Shown: positions 29,103 to 39,687, numbered from the stretch's first letter. The stretch is DNA of 64,000 nt from an uncultured virus (IMG/VR IMGVR_UViG_3300043427_002950) (IMGVR_UViG_3300043427_002950:62001-126000), one strand, 5' to 3'. Numbers and translations: made by a program. The notes: generated by a model from the sequence alone, not told the origin.

Positions 29103-29575
29103 AAATAATCGCACATAGAGGAAATCTCGATGGACCAAATCCATTGAGAGAAAATAGTTTAGACTATATTGATGAGGCCATTAAATCTGGATTTGATGTG
29201 GAAATTGATATTAGAGAAGATAACGGACTTTTTCTTGGACATGATAATCCTCAGCATCATGTGACTTTTGATTGGTTAATACGAAGAAAAAAATATCTTT
29301 GGATTCATTGTAAAAATGTTCAAGCACTTGACTTTTTTTCTGAAACATCTTTTAATTATTTTTGGCATGAAAATGATCAATATACAATCACAAGTCATGG
29401 AATAGGGTGGGTGTATCCAGGCAAAAAACCATATCATAAATCCATAATTGTGCTTCCAGAAATTACAGATTTTTATCATTCTGAAGAAAGTAATGGTTAT
29501 CTTACAAATTCAAAAGGAATTTGCACGGATTTTTGCAACGACTACAAAAGATTGTTTTTCAAATCGGTTAAATAA
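29099..29575 (+). CDS. Glycerophosphodiester phosphodiesterase-like protein
   Basis: IIAHRGN, EN, DVEIDI, LGHD, WIHCKN, GICTD. Confidence 0.8.
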   Translation: MKIIAHRGNLDGPNPLRENSLDYIDEAIKSGFDVEIDIREDNGLFLGHDNPQHHVTFDWLIRRKKYLWIHCKNVQALDFFSETSFNYFWHENDQYTITSHGIGWVYPGKKPYHKSIIVLPEITDFYHSEESNGYLTNSKGICTDFCNDYKRLFFKSVK

Positions 29576-29596
29576 AGAAAATATAGTTTTGACATT

Positions 29597-32500
29597 ATGA
29601 GTGTATCATTAATTTGTTCTTGCAAAAATAGAATTGATGCTTTACGGGTTTCTTTAAATTCTTGGGTTAAATTTAAAGAAATAACAGAAATAATAATTGT
29701 GGATTGGGATTCTGATGAATCAATTGATTTTTTACTTTCCCATGATCCGAGAATAAAAATTATTAAAGTCTCTGATGAGAAATATTTTAATCAACCTCAA
29801 CCTTTAAATCTTGCGGCTGATTTTGCTACAGGAGAATATATTTTAAAAGTTGATTGTGATTATGTAATAAATCCATATTATAATTTTTTTGAAAGATATT
29901 TCCCTAAAGATAATGAATTTGTCTGTGGAGAATATGAACATGCTGTTGATGAATCTCAATTTCCAGAAGATTATAATTACATGTTACTGGGGAGAGAAGG
30001 ATTGCTCCTATACGATAAATCATATTCTCCATTTTATAAGTATTTGATTGGACTTCTTTTTACCAAGAAAGAAAATTTTAATAAAATAAATGGGTATAAT
30101 GAGTTATTGCACAACTATTATGCGTTTGAAGATGAAGAAATATTTAAAAGATTGGAATTATCTGGACTCAAAAAAGTAAAAATTGATTTTGATAATTCTA
30201 TAATTCATATTCCCCATCCAGATAGTAAAAGGGTTGAAAATTTTAAAGGACATGTAGATCAACCTTACATTAGAGAAGAAATATATAATAACCTTAAAGA
30301 AATTTACTCAGAAGATCAACTTGAGTGGGAAGTTGATTATGTCTTGTCTACACTTCATGTGTCATTGAATAAAAATGACATTGGTAAAATTGATAATTTT
30401 TATATTAAAAGGATTCATGAATGGAAATTGGAAGAAATATCCGAGAGATATTTTCATGCAAAAAAAGTAAATAATATAAAAAAACTTGAAGATTTTCCAA
30501 AAGTAAATTTTATTAGTCTTGAAGAAAGTAAAGATAGGCAAAAAAATTTAATAGAACAATTTAAAAAAAATGGAGTAACTGAATTTAATCCATTAATATC
30601 TAAAAGATTTGATCAGTCTAATGATATAGTTACTGGATCTCAAGTTAATATTTTAGATAGTGGGACTAAAGGATGTGTAGTTTCACATATCAAAATGATT
30701 AAAAAATGGTATGATGAATCTGATGAAAAATATGGATTCTTTTGTGAAGATGATCTAAGTTTGGAATCTTTAAAATATTGGGATTTTACCTGGAAAGAGT
30801 TCATTGAAAATCTTCCAGATGATGCTGACTGCGTTCAACTTTATTGTATTAGGGATGAACAAAGAGATTTAAAATTTGAAAATAGATGGCAAACCGATTG
30901 GTCAGTAACTGCTTATATTCTCACTAAAGAATACGCAAAACGTATTATTGATCAATATTATGTTTCAGAAAATGAATTTAATTTGGAAGTTTATGATACT
31001 GGATGGTATCCAATGCCAGAAAATGTTTTATTCTGGGGACATGGTAAAGTATATTCAGTCAATTTATTTCTAGAAGATCTTAAATTAGGGACCACGTTTT
31101 CTGAAATAGATAGTGGTATTAAGGAAAATCATCTCGATAGCTATACTTACAATTTAAATTGGTGGAAAAATAATTCAAAAAATAATTTAAATTTAATTTT
31201 TGGGAAAAATAATTTAAAAAAATTAAAAGTAGTTCAAATTGGTTGTAATAGAGGGTATGATGATTTATATGAGTATTTGTCTTTAAATTATAAAGAAAAT
31301 GAAATAGAATTTGGACTATTTGTAGATGCAAATAAAATACATATAGATTCTGTAAAAGAATGCTATAAAAAATATAATAATATTTTTGTAGAAAATTTGG
31401 GAATAAAAAGTCCATCGCATGAACATGATCATCTAACCTTTTATTATCATCCTGAAGAATCAAATTACGAAATCGCATCTTGCAAAAAAGAACATATTCA
31501 AAAATGTATTGATTGGCCTGGATCTTCCCTCACGGATGGAAATATTGAAACTTTTGAAATTTCCTGTATTACATTGGAAGAATTATTTGATAGATACAAT
31601 CTTAAAGAAATTGATTGGTTATTATTGGACATTGAAGGTCTAGAATCGGATATATTACTTAATTTTAATTGGGAAAAATATTTGATAAAAAAAGTAGAAT
31701 TTGAATACCTTCACTTGGATGAGAATGCTGAAAAAATTCAAAGTTTGATGTATAATATGGGATATAGACAAGTAAAATCACTTTCAGCAAATGATTGGGC
31801 ATTTGAAAAAGTAGAAAATTTAGGAGAAAAATCAATGGTGCATGTAAAAAATCAAAACTATGTTCAAATTGTTCTGGATATTGAAGAATTGCTGACTGAA
31901 TATTCATCTGATACTGAAAATCCAGAACTTAATTTTAAAATTGGACTTTGGTATGAAGTTCATGGTCAAGATGCGGCTGCACTTTCTTTCTTCTTAAGAG
32001 CAGCAGAAAGATTTGAAAACGATCATTATGCTTATGAATCTTTAATTCATGGTGCTTATTGTTATGATAGGCAAGGAACTAGAGATATGACCGCAAAAGG
32101 AATTTTACAACAAGCATTGGTATTATTACCACATAGACCAGAAGCATATTATCATCTGAGTAATTTCTGCAGAAAAAGAGGATTTTGGCAAGATTGTTAT
32201 ATTTACGCATCAACAGCTTTAAATTTTTCCAGTTTTGATTCTATTCCCAATTTTAAAACGGATGTTCATTTTCCTGGGAAATTTGCTATTATGTACGAGC
32301 AAGCACTTGCTGCTTGGGATTGGGGTAAAATTGAAGAATCTTATAATATTTTGATGGATATTAAAGATAATTATGAAATTCCAGAAGAATATAAAGTTCA
32401 AGTAGAAAAAGAACTAGAAAAATTTAAGAACATTGAGTGCTTCTTTACCGAGCAATATCGAGATATACTGGAAAATCTTTCCTGCAATAAAAATAAAAAT

Positions 32501-33322
32501 GAAGAAACCAATAGTGTAAATAACGATATTGGAAAAATTGATATTGTCCTTGCTGGGCATTTTGATGAAGAGACTCCAAATATTATAAATTCATACCTTA
32601 AACTAGATTTTATTAATAATATAATTCTTTCTACTTGGAAGGGACAGTATGACGGATCTATTGATCATGATAGAGTTAAAATTGTTGAAATAGAAAAACC
32701 AATTCCAGGAACTGACAATAGAAATTTACAAATAGCAAGTGCTCATGCTGGACTTGAATTAGTTACAACTGAGTATTGCGCCAAAATGAGAACCGATCAA
32801 AGATATTATGATGAAAGTATGCATAATATGTACAATTACCTGTTGAATAATCGAGAATTTGAAGATCAGATTTTTGTTGCTGGAATATATCCAAATCTTT
32901 TGTTTCATCCAAGAGATCATGTTTTTTGGGGAAAAAGTTGTAATGTAAAAGAATTGTATGATATTCCATTAGAATATAATGGTCTTTCTGATAAAATTAA
33001 AATATCAAAAGAAAATCTTCACAAATATTATCCTTTCTTTGTTAGAAATGAAACTTATATTGGAGCAAGATATTGCTCTAAATTTGATGAAACAATCAAC
33101 ATCATGTTACTTGAACCTGAAAAATATTTACATGACAATTGCGGAGGATGGAATCAATCCCATCAAGTTAGTCAAAATGTTACTACTAGAGCATTTAAGT
33201 CTTTCCCCAGAGAAGGAATTGATCTGGAATGGAACCGTAAAGGATTGCAACATTATCCATATGATGACCAGAAAAATGGATACGGTGAGTGCTGGGCAGA
33301 AGATTTTCAAATTGAGGATTGA
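29597..33322 (+). CDS. Multidomain glycan enzyme: GT-A (GT2/GT7-like) + GT25-like + FkbM-like methyltransferase + TPR + WavE-like domain
   Basis: IIVDWDS, KVDCD, GYNE...YAFEDEE; ISLEESKDR, GCVVSH, CEDD; VQIG, IDWLLLDIEGLE, EFE; TPR helices (PHRPEAYY); ILSTW, NRNLQI, KMRTDQ, FHPRDHVFWG. Confidence 0.75.
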   Translation: MSVSLICSCKNRIDALRVSLNSWVKFKEITEIIIVDWDSDESIDFLLSHDPRIKIIKVSDEKYFNQPQPLNLAADFATGEYILKVDCDYVINPYYNFFERYFPKDNEFVCGEYEHAVDESQFPEDYNYMLLGREGLLLYDKSYSPFYKYLIGLLFTKKENFNKINGYNELLHNYYAFEDEEIFKRLELSGLKKVKIDFDNSIIHIPHPDSKRVENFKGHVDQPYIREEIYNNLKEIYSEDQLEWEVDYVLSTLHVSLNKNDIGKIDNFYIKRIHEWKLEEISERYFHAKKVNNIKKLEDFPKVNFISLEESKDRQKNLIEQFKKNGVTEFNPLISKRFDQSNDIVTGSQVNILDSGTKGCVVSHIKMIKKWYDESDEKYGFFCEDDLSLESLKYWDFTWKEFIENLPDDADCVQLYCIRDEQRDLKFENRWQTDWSVTAYILTKEYAKRIIDQYYVSENEFNLEVYDTGWYPMPENVLFWGHGKVYSVNLFLEDLKLGTTFSEIDSGIKENHLDSYTYNLNWWKNNSKNNLNLIFGKNNLKKLKVVQIGCNRGYDDLYEYLSLNYKENEIEFGLFVDANKIHIDSVKECYKKYNNIFVENLGIKSPSHEHDHLTFYYHPEESNYEIASCKKEHIQKCIDWPGSSLTDGNIETFEISCITLEELFDRYNLKEIDWLLLDIEGLESDILLNFNWEKYLIKKVEFEYLHLDENAEKIQSLMYNMGYRQVKSLSANDWAFEKVENLGEKSMVHVKNQNYVQIVLDIEELLTEYSSDTENPELNFKIGLWYEVHGQDAAALSFFLRAAERFENDHYAYESLIHGAYCYDRQGTRDMTAKGILQQALVLLPHRPEAYYHLSNFCRKRGFWQDCYIYASTALNFSSFDSIPNFKTDVHFPGKFAIMYEQALAAWDWGKIEESYNILMDIKDNYEIPEEYKVQVEKELEKFKNIECFFTEQYRDILENLSCNKNKNEETNSVNNDIGKIDIVLAGHFDEETPNIINSYLKLDFINNIILSTWKGQYDGSIDHDRVKIVEIEKPIPGTDNRNLQIASAHAGLELVTTEYCAKMRTDQRYYDESMHNMYNYLLNNREFEDQIFVAGIYPNLLFHPRDHVFWGKSCNVKELYDIPLEYNGLSDKIKISKENLHKYYPFFVRNETYIGARYCSKFDETINIMLLEPEKYLHDNCGGWNQSHQVSQNVTTRAFKSFPREGIDLEWNRKGLQHYPYDDQKNGYGECWAEDFQIED

Positions 33323-33369
33323 CAAATTAGATATAATCGGTTACAGTTCTGTCAACCACTACAAACTCC

Positions 33370-34080
33370 ATGAATCTTGAAGAAATTGCCGATCTAATTC
33401 AAAATAATTGTGATTGGGACTCATTTGTTGGATTTTGTATGGACATTCATAATGATATAGGATTTAAAAGTAGATCTGATAATATGTTGGTCTCTTCCAT
33501 GAGAGAAAAAGCATTCTCTCATTTTTGTTCAATACCTTTGCAACATATTGATGAAAATGGAAGAGACTATAAACTTTTTAAATCGCCAATTGAATATAAA
33601 AGTCAGCAAAATATCTTTAGAGTAAGAAAACCTAATGATAAAAATGGAAAACTTTTTGAAAGAGGAATAGTACAAAAAGATGATACCTCTCCAATTAAAA
33701 TGAAAAATTTTTATGGGTCGGGAGAAGCCACCATACACTCTTTTCTTGAAGAATGTAAGTATAATAGTACATGTGAATTTATTATTTTAAATCAAACTAA
33801 TTGTTTTGACTTTAGAGTTGGTTTGGTTAAAGATGAATATGCTAGAACAAGATATTATGCTCAGGGGGATGGAATTTATGCTGATTTTGAGAAAGATCAC
33901 ATTCACTTTTTAGATCTTTCAAATATAAATCCAGTCACTTTAAATAATAATATCTTTCTGGAAAATTCATATACAACTATTAAGTTGAATTGCCCAATGT
34001 CATACTCTCTCCAGAGCCTCCTTGAAGCAAAATTTAATTTGTATATGAAAATTTCTGAAGAGATGAAAAAAATAAAGTAG
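33370..34080 (+). CDS. Hypothetical protein, possible PD-(D/E)XK nuclease fold
   Basis: E...GRD...IEYK spacing; TTGACA-17-TACAGT promoter at 33319-33347. Confidence 0.4.
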   Translation: MNLEEIADLIQNNCDWDSFVGFCMDIHNDIGFKSRSDNMLVSSMREKAFSHFCSIPLQHIDENGRDYKLFKSPIEYKSQQNIFRVRKPNDKNGKLFERGIVQKDDTSPIKMKNFYGSGEATIHSFLEECKYNSTCEFIILNQTNCFDFRVGLVKDEYARTRYYAQGDGIYADFEKDHIHFLDLSNINPVTLNNNIFLENSYTTIKLNCPMSYSLQSLLEAKFNLYMKISEEMKKIK

Positions 34081-34102
34081 TCGGATTAAAAACTGGCACA
34101 CT

Positions 34103-34138
34103 GACCCCCCTCCTGGAACCCACCAGGGGGGTCTTTTC
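34103..34138 (+). terminator. GC hairpin plus T tract, immediately upstream of a TATAAT box
   Basis: GACCCCCC...GGGGGGTC followed by TTTT; TATAAT at 34143. Confidence 0.65.
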
Positions 34139-34169
34139 ATGCTATAATATGACCACACACGACAGACCG

Positions 34170-35402
34170 ATGATTCAACTCCGACCGCACCAACAACGTG
34201 CTCTCGATGCCATGCTCAAGCATAGCAAGGGTCAACTCGTCATGCCGACTGGTGCTGGCAAGACCCTGACCATGATCTTCAATGCCATTGGGCAGATGAA
34301 GACCTCCTCTGAGTCCATGCACTTCGTAGTGGTTGCTCCACGCATCCTCCTGGCATCTCAGCTGTGCTCTGAGTTCCTTGAGCACATCGACAATGCCCAC
34401 ATCATTCATGTGCATTCTGGTGAAACCGATCACTTTAGCACGACCAAGACCGCAATGATCCATGCTTGGCACCATGCCGTTGATGGTCATCGCATTACCT
34501 TCACCACTTACAACTCCCTTCAGAAGGTTGTTGATTCTGGTGTCCATATCAATACCATCTACTTTGATGAGGCACACAATAGTGTCAAGAAGTCCTTTTA
34601 TACTTCCACTGAGATTCTTAGTGACAAGGCAGATCGTTCCTACTTCTTCACCGCAACTCCCAAGCACAGTGCTGCCTGGAACAAACCTGGCATGAACAAT
34701 GCTCAGGTCTATGGCAACGTCATCATCAACGTTCCTGCTCCAGAACTGATTGAGAATGGTTCTATCATTCCTCCTGTTGTTAATGCAGTCAACATCAACA
34801 TGGAACGTGACAAGGAGTTCGGTGCAGAACGTGACTGCATGACTCTGCTTGACACCATCATCAACGGCGACAACATGCAGAAAGTGCTTGTTGCTGCTCC
34901 CAACACTAAGGTTCTGATGCGAATGCTTGCAGAAACCGACTTCATGCCTGAGATTCAATCCTACGGGTATGATGTGCTGTGGATCACTTCTAAGCATGGT
35001 GCCTTTATCAACAATGAGAAAGTCACCCGTGAGGAGTTCTTCAACGTTCTGAGTCAGTATGGTCATGATCCCGAGAAGAAGTTTGTTATCCTTCACTACA
35101 GCATTCTGTCTGAAGGCATCAATTGCCCTGGATTGACAGCATGTGTTATGATGCGTCAGATGGACGTAATCCAGATGTGTCAAACGATTGGTCGTGTGAT
35201 CCGTCTTCATCCCGAAGACGCATCCAACATTCGTAGTGGTAAGGTTGCTGCTGGTGATCTTGACAACTACACTAAGTCGTTTGGTCTCATTCATGTCCCT
35301 GTTTACTCCAACACTGGTATTGCAACTGCTCGTCGTCTTCAGGCAGTAGTCGATACCGTATTCACCGAAGGTCAACCCTGCATTGCTACTATCCAAAAAT
35401 GA
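34170..35402 (+). CDS. Superfamily 2 DEAH-box helicase (ResIII-like); start revised to 34170
   Basis: LRPHQ, PTGAGKT, DEAH, TATP, LSEGIN, QTIGRVIR; the -10 box abuts the upstream ATG at 34149. Confidence 0.9.
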   Translation: MIQLRPHQQRALDAMLKHSKGQLVMPTGAGKTLTMIFNAIGQMKTSSESMHFVVVAPRILLASQLCSEFLEHIDNAHIIHVHSGETDHFSTTKTAMIHAWHHAVDGHRITFTTYNSLQKVVDSGVHINTIYFDEAHNSVKKSFYTSTEILSDKADRSYFFTATPKHSAAWNKPGMNNAQVYGNVIINVPAPELIENGSIIPPVVNAVNINMERDKEFGAERDCMTLLDTIINGDNMQKVLVAAPNTKVLMRMLAETDFMPEIQSYGYDVLWITSKHGAFINNEKVTREEFFNVLSQYGHDPEKKFVILHYSILSEGINCPGLTACVMMRQMDVIQMCQTIGRVIRLHPEDASNIRSGKVAAGDLDNYTKSFGLIHVPVYSNTGIATARRLQAVVDTVFTEGQPCIATIQK

Positions 35403-35995
35403 CTGAAAACTTTGACATTTCTGCCCTCAATCAACGGATTGCTGAGGTTAAACAGGAAAGTAATGAGTGTACTGAGTTTACTCATTCTTTCATTGAGTGC
35501 CTTCTGAAAAGGCATGATCTCTCAAACATGATTCAAATTGATCAAGATTTTGAAGATGTCCCATCCGAAATGGTTGAAATGATCTTCAATGGCAAATGCC
35601 CACCTAAGGAAGAAATTTTTAAACTTGACATCGATACACAAGATGCTTTCATCAAGGATCTTGTGTGGATTTGTGGAATGGGAGCTGTCTCATGGTACTG
35701 CGATAATGAAGAGCAGTATCAAAAGATGGATCCTAAACCTTTTGATGAGATCATTAAGATGCCCACTCTTTCTATTGGACATCACTCATCCTCCTTTATT
35801 ATTGCTGCTTTGGTTCTTTTGACTGCAACCATTCCAAATCAGGTTATGGTCGAATGCATGACCAATAGCTTTGATAGTAGTGATGAACAACTTGAAAAAA
35901 ATGCCATCATCTATAACGATCTTTGCTACTGCATCCTTAAAAGGTACACTGAAGATTTGAACTACTTCAAAATTAACGACGGGTATAAGGAATAA
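35399..35995 (+). CDS. Hypothetical acidic protein
   Basis: 198-aa ORF starting with a 4-bp overlap on the helicase stop. Confidence 0.6.
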   Translation: MTENFDISALNQRIAEVKQESNECTEFTHSFIECLLKRHDLSNMIQIDQDFEDVPSEMVEMIFNGKCPPKEEIFKLDIDTQDAFIKDLVWICGMGAVSWYCDNEEQYQKMDPKPFDEIIKMPTLSIGHHSSSFIIAALVLLTATIPNQVMVECMTNSFDSSDEQLEKNAIIYNDLCYCILKRYTEDLNYFKINDGYKE

Positions 35996-35999
35996 AAAT

Positions 36000-36170
36000 A
36001 TGTTAGATGGATTTATTACTGACGATGGATACGCAGCAGTTCCTTTTGTAAATCAACTTATGGTGATTTACAATGGGCAACAACTAAAGGTTTGTAGGAC
36101 AGCAAAATCTGCTGCAAAATTTATCGCAGAGCACAGATCTCTTCCAAAATCTGGAACTGTTTTTAATTGA
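36000..36170 (+). CDS. Small phage protein (56 aa); not in the ORF track
   Basis: MLDGFITDDGYAAVPFVNQLMVIYNGQQLKVCRT...; fills the gap between neighbours. Confidence 0.6.
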   Translation: MLDGFITDDGYAAVPFVNQLMVIYNGQQLKVCRTAKSAAKFIAEHRSLPKSGTVFN

Positions 36171-36193
36171 CAACTATCCCCTGACATATTAAA

Positions 36194-36397
36194 ATGAACG
36201 CAACACGAAAGAAATTCATCTCAGTCATTCCATTGTCCAAACAAGCAAAAATCAGGTTTTCTGAAGATATGGATTTATTCCATTCATGCTTGGTCGAAAA
36301 TGAAACTGAAACTATGTTTTATTTGCAATCACTAAATAAGCAGTACAGATTTTGTGTTGAAAAAAAAGGTAATTGTCATTGGAGAATTGAAAAATGA
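36194..36397 (+). CDS. Hypothetical phage protein
   Basis: 67-aa ORF ATGA-coupled to the dehydratase. Confidence 0.6.
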   Translation: MNATRKKFISVIPLSKQAKIRFSEDMDLFHSCLVENETETMFYLQSLNKQYRFCVEKKGNCHWRIEK

Positions 36398-37416
36398 AAA
36401 AAGCACTTATTACTGGAGGAGCAGGGTTCATTGCTCATCATCTTATTGGAAAGATTCTTAGAGATACTGATTGGGATATTGTTACTCTTGACCGCCTTGA
36501 TTATAGTGGCAACCTTAATCGTCTGCACGATCTTATGCTTTCTTTTCCTGAGGACGTTAGAAAGCGAGTTAAAATTGTACATCATGACCTAAAAGCAGAA
36601 CTGAATCCTTTGATTTGTTCTGAGATTGGCAAAGTCGATTACATCTTCCACCTTGCTGCAGGATCTCATGTCGATAGAAGTATTGAGTATCCTATGGAAT
36701 TTGTGATGGACAACGTTGTGGGAACCTGCAACATCCTCAGTTTTGCGAGGACTCAGGATAATCTTGATCAGTTTCTGTACTTCAGCACAGATGAGATCTT
36801 TGGACCTGCTCCTGATGGCATCAAGTACAAGGAGAATGATCGGTACAACTCCACAAACCCCTACAGTGCATCCAAAGCGGGTGGTGAGGAACTTGCCGTA
36901 GCATTTGAGAACACCTATGGTCTTCCTGTCATCATCACGCATACGATGAACGTGTTTGGTGAAAGGCAGCATCCTGAGAAGTACATTCCCATGTGTATTC
37001 GCAAAGTGAGGGATGGTGAGACGATTACCATTCACAGTGATCATACAAAAACTATTCCTGGATCAAGGCATTATATTCATGCCGAAGATGTTGCAGACGC
37101 AGTTCTCTTTCTTTCAAAGTCGATTAAATATTTTGGAACAACTTGGGGTGGTGCAAAGTGTCCTAAGTTCAACATTGTTGGAGCAGAGGAGCTGAATAAT
37201 CTTCAACTTGCACAATTCATTGCAGATGCTCAAGGAAAAGAACTTAAGTATGAACTTGTAGATTTCCATTCTTCCCGTCCTGGTCATGATCTTCGTTATG
37301 CTCTTGACGGAACTAAAATGAAGGAAATGGGTTGGGAACCAAAACCAGTTTGTGAACGACTGAAAGAAGTTGTTCAATGGACACTTGCTAATGATAGGTG
37401 GATTAAAAATGTATAA
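36394..37416 (+). CDS. rfbB: NAD-dependent nucleotide-sugar epimerase/dehydratase (dTDP-glucose 4,6-dehydratase-like)
   Basis: TGGAGFI, HLAAGSHVDRSI, STDE, PYSASK, RPGHDLRY. Confidence 0.88.
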   Translation: MKKALITGGAGFIAHHLIGKILRDTDWDIVTLDRLDYSGNLNRLHDLMLSFPEDVRKRVKIVHHDLKAELNPLICSEIGKVDYIFHLAAGSHVDRSIEYPMEFVMDNVVGTCNILSFARTQDNLDQFLYFSTDEIFGPAPDGIKYKENDRYNSTNPYSASKAGGEELAVAFENTYGLPVIITHTMNVFGERQHPEKYIPMCIRKVRDGETITIHSDHTKTIPGSRHYIHAEDVADAVLFLSKSIKYFGTTWGGAKCPKFNIVGAEELNNLQLAQFIADAQGKELKYELVDFHSSRPGHDLRYALDGTKMKEMGWEPKPVCERLKEVVQWTLANDRWIKNV

Positions 37417-37630
37417 ACCCTATTCTCCTGAATGGAATCGTCAGAGGTATCTGCGAGAAGCACTTTACGCATACATTGAAGATGGTATTGATAACGACAC
37501 CATTCTTCAAGAGATTTGTGATATTCTATATGAACGATCTGAGCAATCATATCAGGATTTTGCTAAGTGTAATGATTTGGCAGAACGATTTAAGTAACTA
37601 ATGCTAAATAACCCAATATGGAGATTACAT

Positions 37631-37951
37631 ATGCTCTCTACACAATATCGCATCCGTCTGGAAGGTATTTGTCAGAAGATTGCCCTTCATGAAGAAGTCA
37701 GTTTAGAAGACATGATCTGGGCAGAAAAACTTGCTAAAGCAAATCGTTCTGCTGCTACCATACTCCGCCAGGCAAGAAGAAAGGCAGAGAATCCAGACAT
37801 GAAAGAAGGTGATATGGATGATTTTTTGAACCAACTTGATATTGGTGGTTTGGGTCATGAAAGATTCGGCAAACGTGGATTTGACAGTATAGATGACATG
37901 AAAGATTGGTGGACTCAAGATAAACCAGAAGATTGGAGACAGAGAGATTAA
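37631..37951 (+). CDS. Conserved cyanophage hypothetical protein (MLSTQYRIRLE...)
   Basis: GGAG SD and CTAAATA upstream; start revised from 37601. Confidence 0.65.
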   Translation: MLSTQYRIRLEGICQKIALHEEVSLEDMIWAEKLAKANRSAATILRQARRKAENPDMKEGDMDDFLNQLDIGGLGHERFGKRGFDSIDDMKDWWTQDKPEDWRQRD

Positions 37952-38333
37952 ATTTCATGGATTATCAGGAAATCCTTGAATTAATAGATTTTACATCACA
38001 TATCTTATTTCTCTTTGTATCTTTCATGTGTGGAATGTTTATAGGATACATTAAAGGAAGATTAGATGAACGTGATTGATTATGAATAACGAAGAAAAAA
38101 AATGGATAAATGATGCTTTTTATGTTAAGAAGCAAAGATGGGGAACTTGGGTATCTTATGATAAGGACGATAAAGCATTAATTACATCTCTTGCTGAGGA
38201 TATATGTATTTCTGCAACTCATTTTTACCTTAAAGGATTACAAGAAAGTTTTCACGAAACTAAAACTTATGATGGTGAAGTAGGTGGAAAACTTTAAATG
38301 CATAAATTATATTGAGTTTAATTACTTACTATT

Positions 38334-38627
38334 ATGACCGAATATAACATTACATTTAAACTTTCCGATGGAACTGAACAAACCATTCAATGTCCTGACG
38401 ATCAATACATTCTTGATGCTGCTGAATATGCAGGTTTAGATCTCCCTTCTTCCTGTCGTGCTGGTGCTTGCTCTGCTTGTACTGGTAGAATTGTAGATGG
38501 AGAAATTGATGATGAAGAACAAACATTCCTTGATGACGATCAGATTGAAAAAGGATTTGCACTGCTCTGCTGTTCTTATCCAAAATCTGATCTTATAATT
38601 GAAACTGAACAAGAAGAAAATCTTTGA
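38334..38627 (+). CDS. petF: Plant-type [2Fe-2S] ferredoxin (auxiliary metabolic gene)
   Basis: [22 protein letters not shown]...[14 protein letters not shown]. Confidence 0.95.
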   Translation: MTEYNITFKLSDGTEQTIQCPDDQYILDAAEYAGLDLPSSCRAGACSACTGRIVDGEIDDEEQTFLDDDQIEKGFALLCCSYPKSDLIIETEQEENL

Positions 38628-39438
38628 TTAAAATTACTTATGACTACTCGCACATACACCCAAAAGGATGGTACAATATGGGAGTGGGAGGAAACCCCTG
38701 CTGCTTCCAAATTGATTAAAGCAATCCATGCAACGACGAAAGAAAGCAACGAAACTGAAAACCAAAGTAATTAGTCCTATTAAAAAGTTAGGAGAAGATA
38801 TTATTTTCTCCGAACCTTTTCATGAGGTTTTTCCTTATACTTTAAAGCATCTTAAAGATGATAAAAAGGTATGTTACTTTCAGTGCGAAGAGCACATGAA
38901 AAAATACATTGAAAGGGCTAAACTTAATAAAAAGGAGTATAAAATTGAATCAACAGAACCCAGAAACAATGAAGAGGAATAAATCTCTTTGGGGACTTTG
39001 GGCAAAATCTTTAGGGCAAAAAGCATCAAAATGTAATAAAGAATCTGATAAAGTTGCATTGATTAGAACTATTATCTTTGCAACCTATCTGATTACAAAC
39101 TGCTTTATCATTGCTGGTGTCATTAGGCACTGGAATGATGTTGATTATTCTAATCCACCATCTAAGGTAATCAAATGAGATACCGAGTTTTAGAAAAGGC
39201 CGATCTTAACGGGGAAGTAGTCTTTATTCCACAATATCAAAGGTTTTTTATGTGGATGGATTTTTTTGATTTTGATTTTCCTCCCAGGCAAATTAAATTT
39301 CATTCTTTAGAATCTGCTACAAAATTTGTTCGCAAACAGATTATTAAACCTAAAGAAAAGGTTGTTTACATTACAGAGGGTTAACCGAACTTTACTTATC
39401 TGTTCTTTCGTTATAAAATAATAAAAAAGGAGAAACAC

Positions 39439-39687
39439 ATGGCTCTGTCAAAACAAGTTGAAGAAAGTTTGAGGGATGCAGAATCTCATCTTAGGAATGC
39501 CCTTGCGTTTTCTGCAAGAAATGAAAAACCTTTCGTAAACAAACAAATTGCTGAAATGATCGCGGCAATTGATCATTTGATTTCAATTGATAATCTTTTT
39601 GATATGATGGAATCGAAAATTAAATCTATGAAAGATGATAATGATGAAGGTCCAAGTGGCAAGTCATTCTTCACTTTTGGATCATAA
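39439..39687 (+). CDS. Conserved cyanophage hypothetical protein (MALSKQVEESL...)
   Basis: Strong AGGAG SD; helical 82-aa ORF. Confidence 0.7.
   Translation: MALSKQVEESLRDAESHLRNALAFSARNEKPFVNKQIAEMIAAIDHLISIDNLFDMMESKIKSMKDDNDEGPSGKSFFTFGS

Noticed and set aside
34137..35396. 419-aa antisense ORF mirroring the helicase
   Set aside because: Codon-register shadow of a gene with full helicase motifs; no recognisable features of its own.
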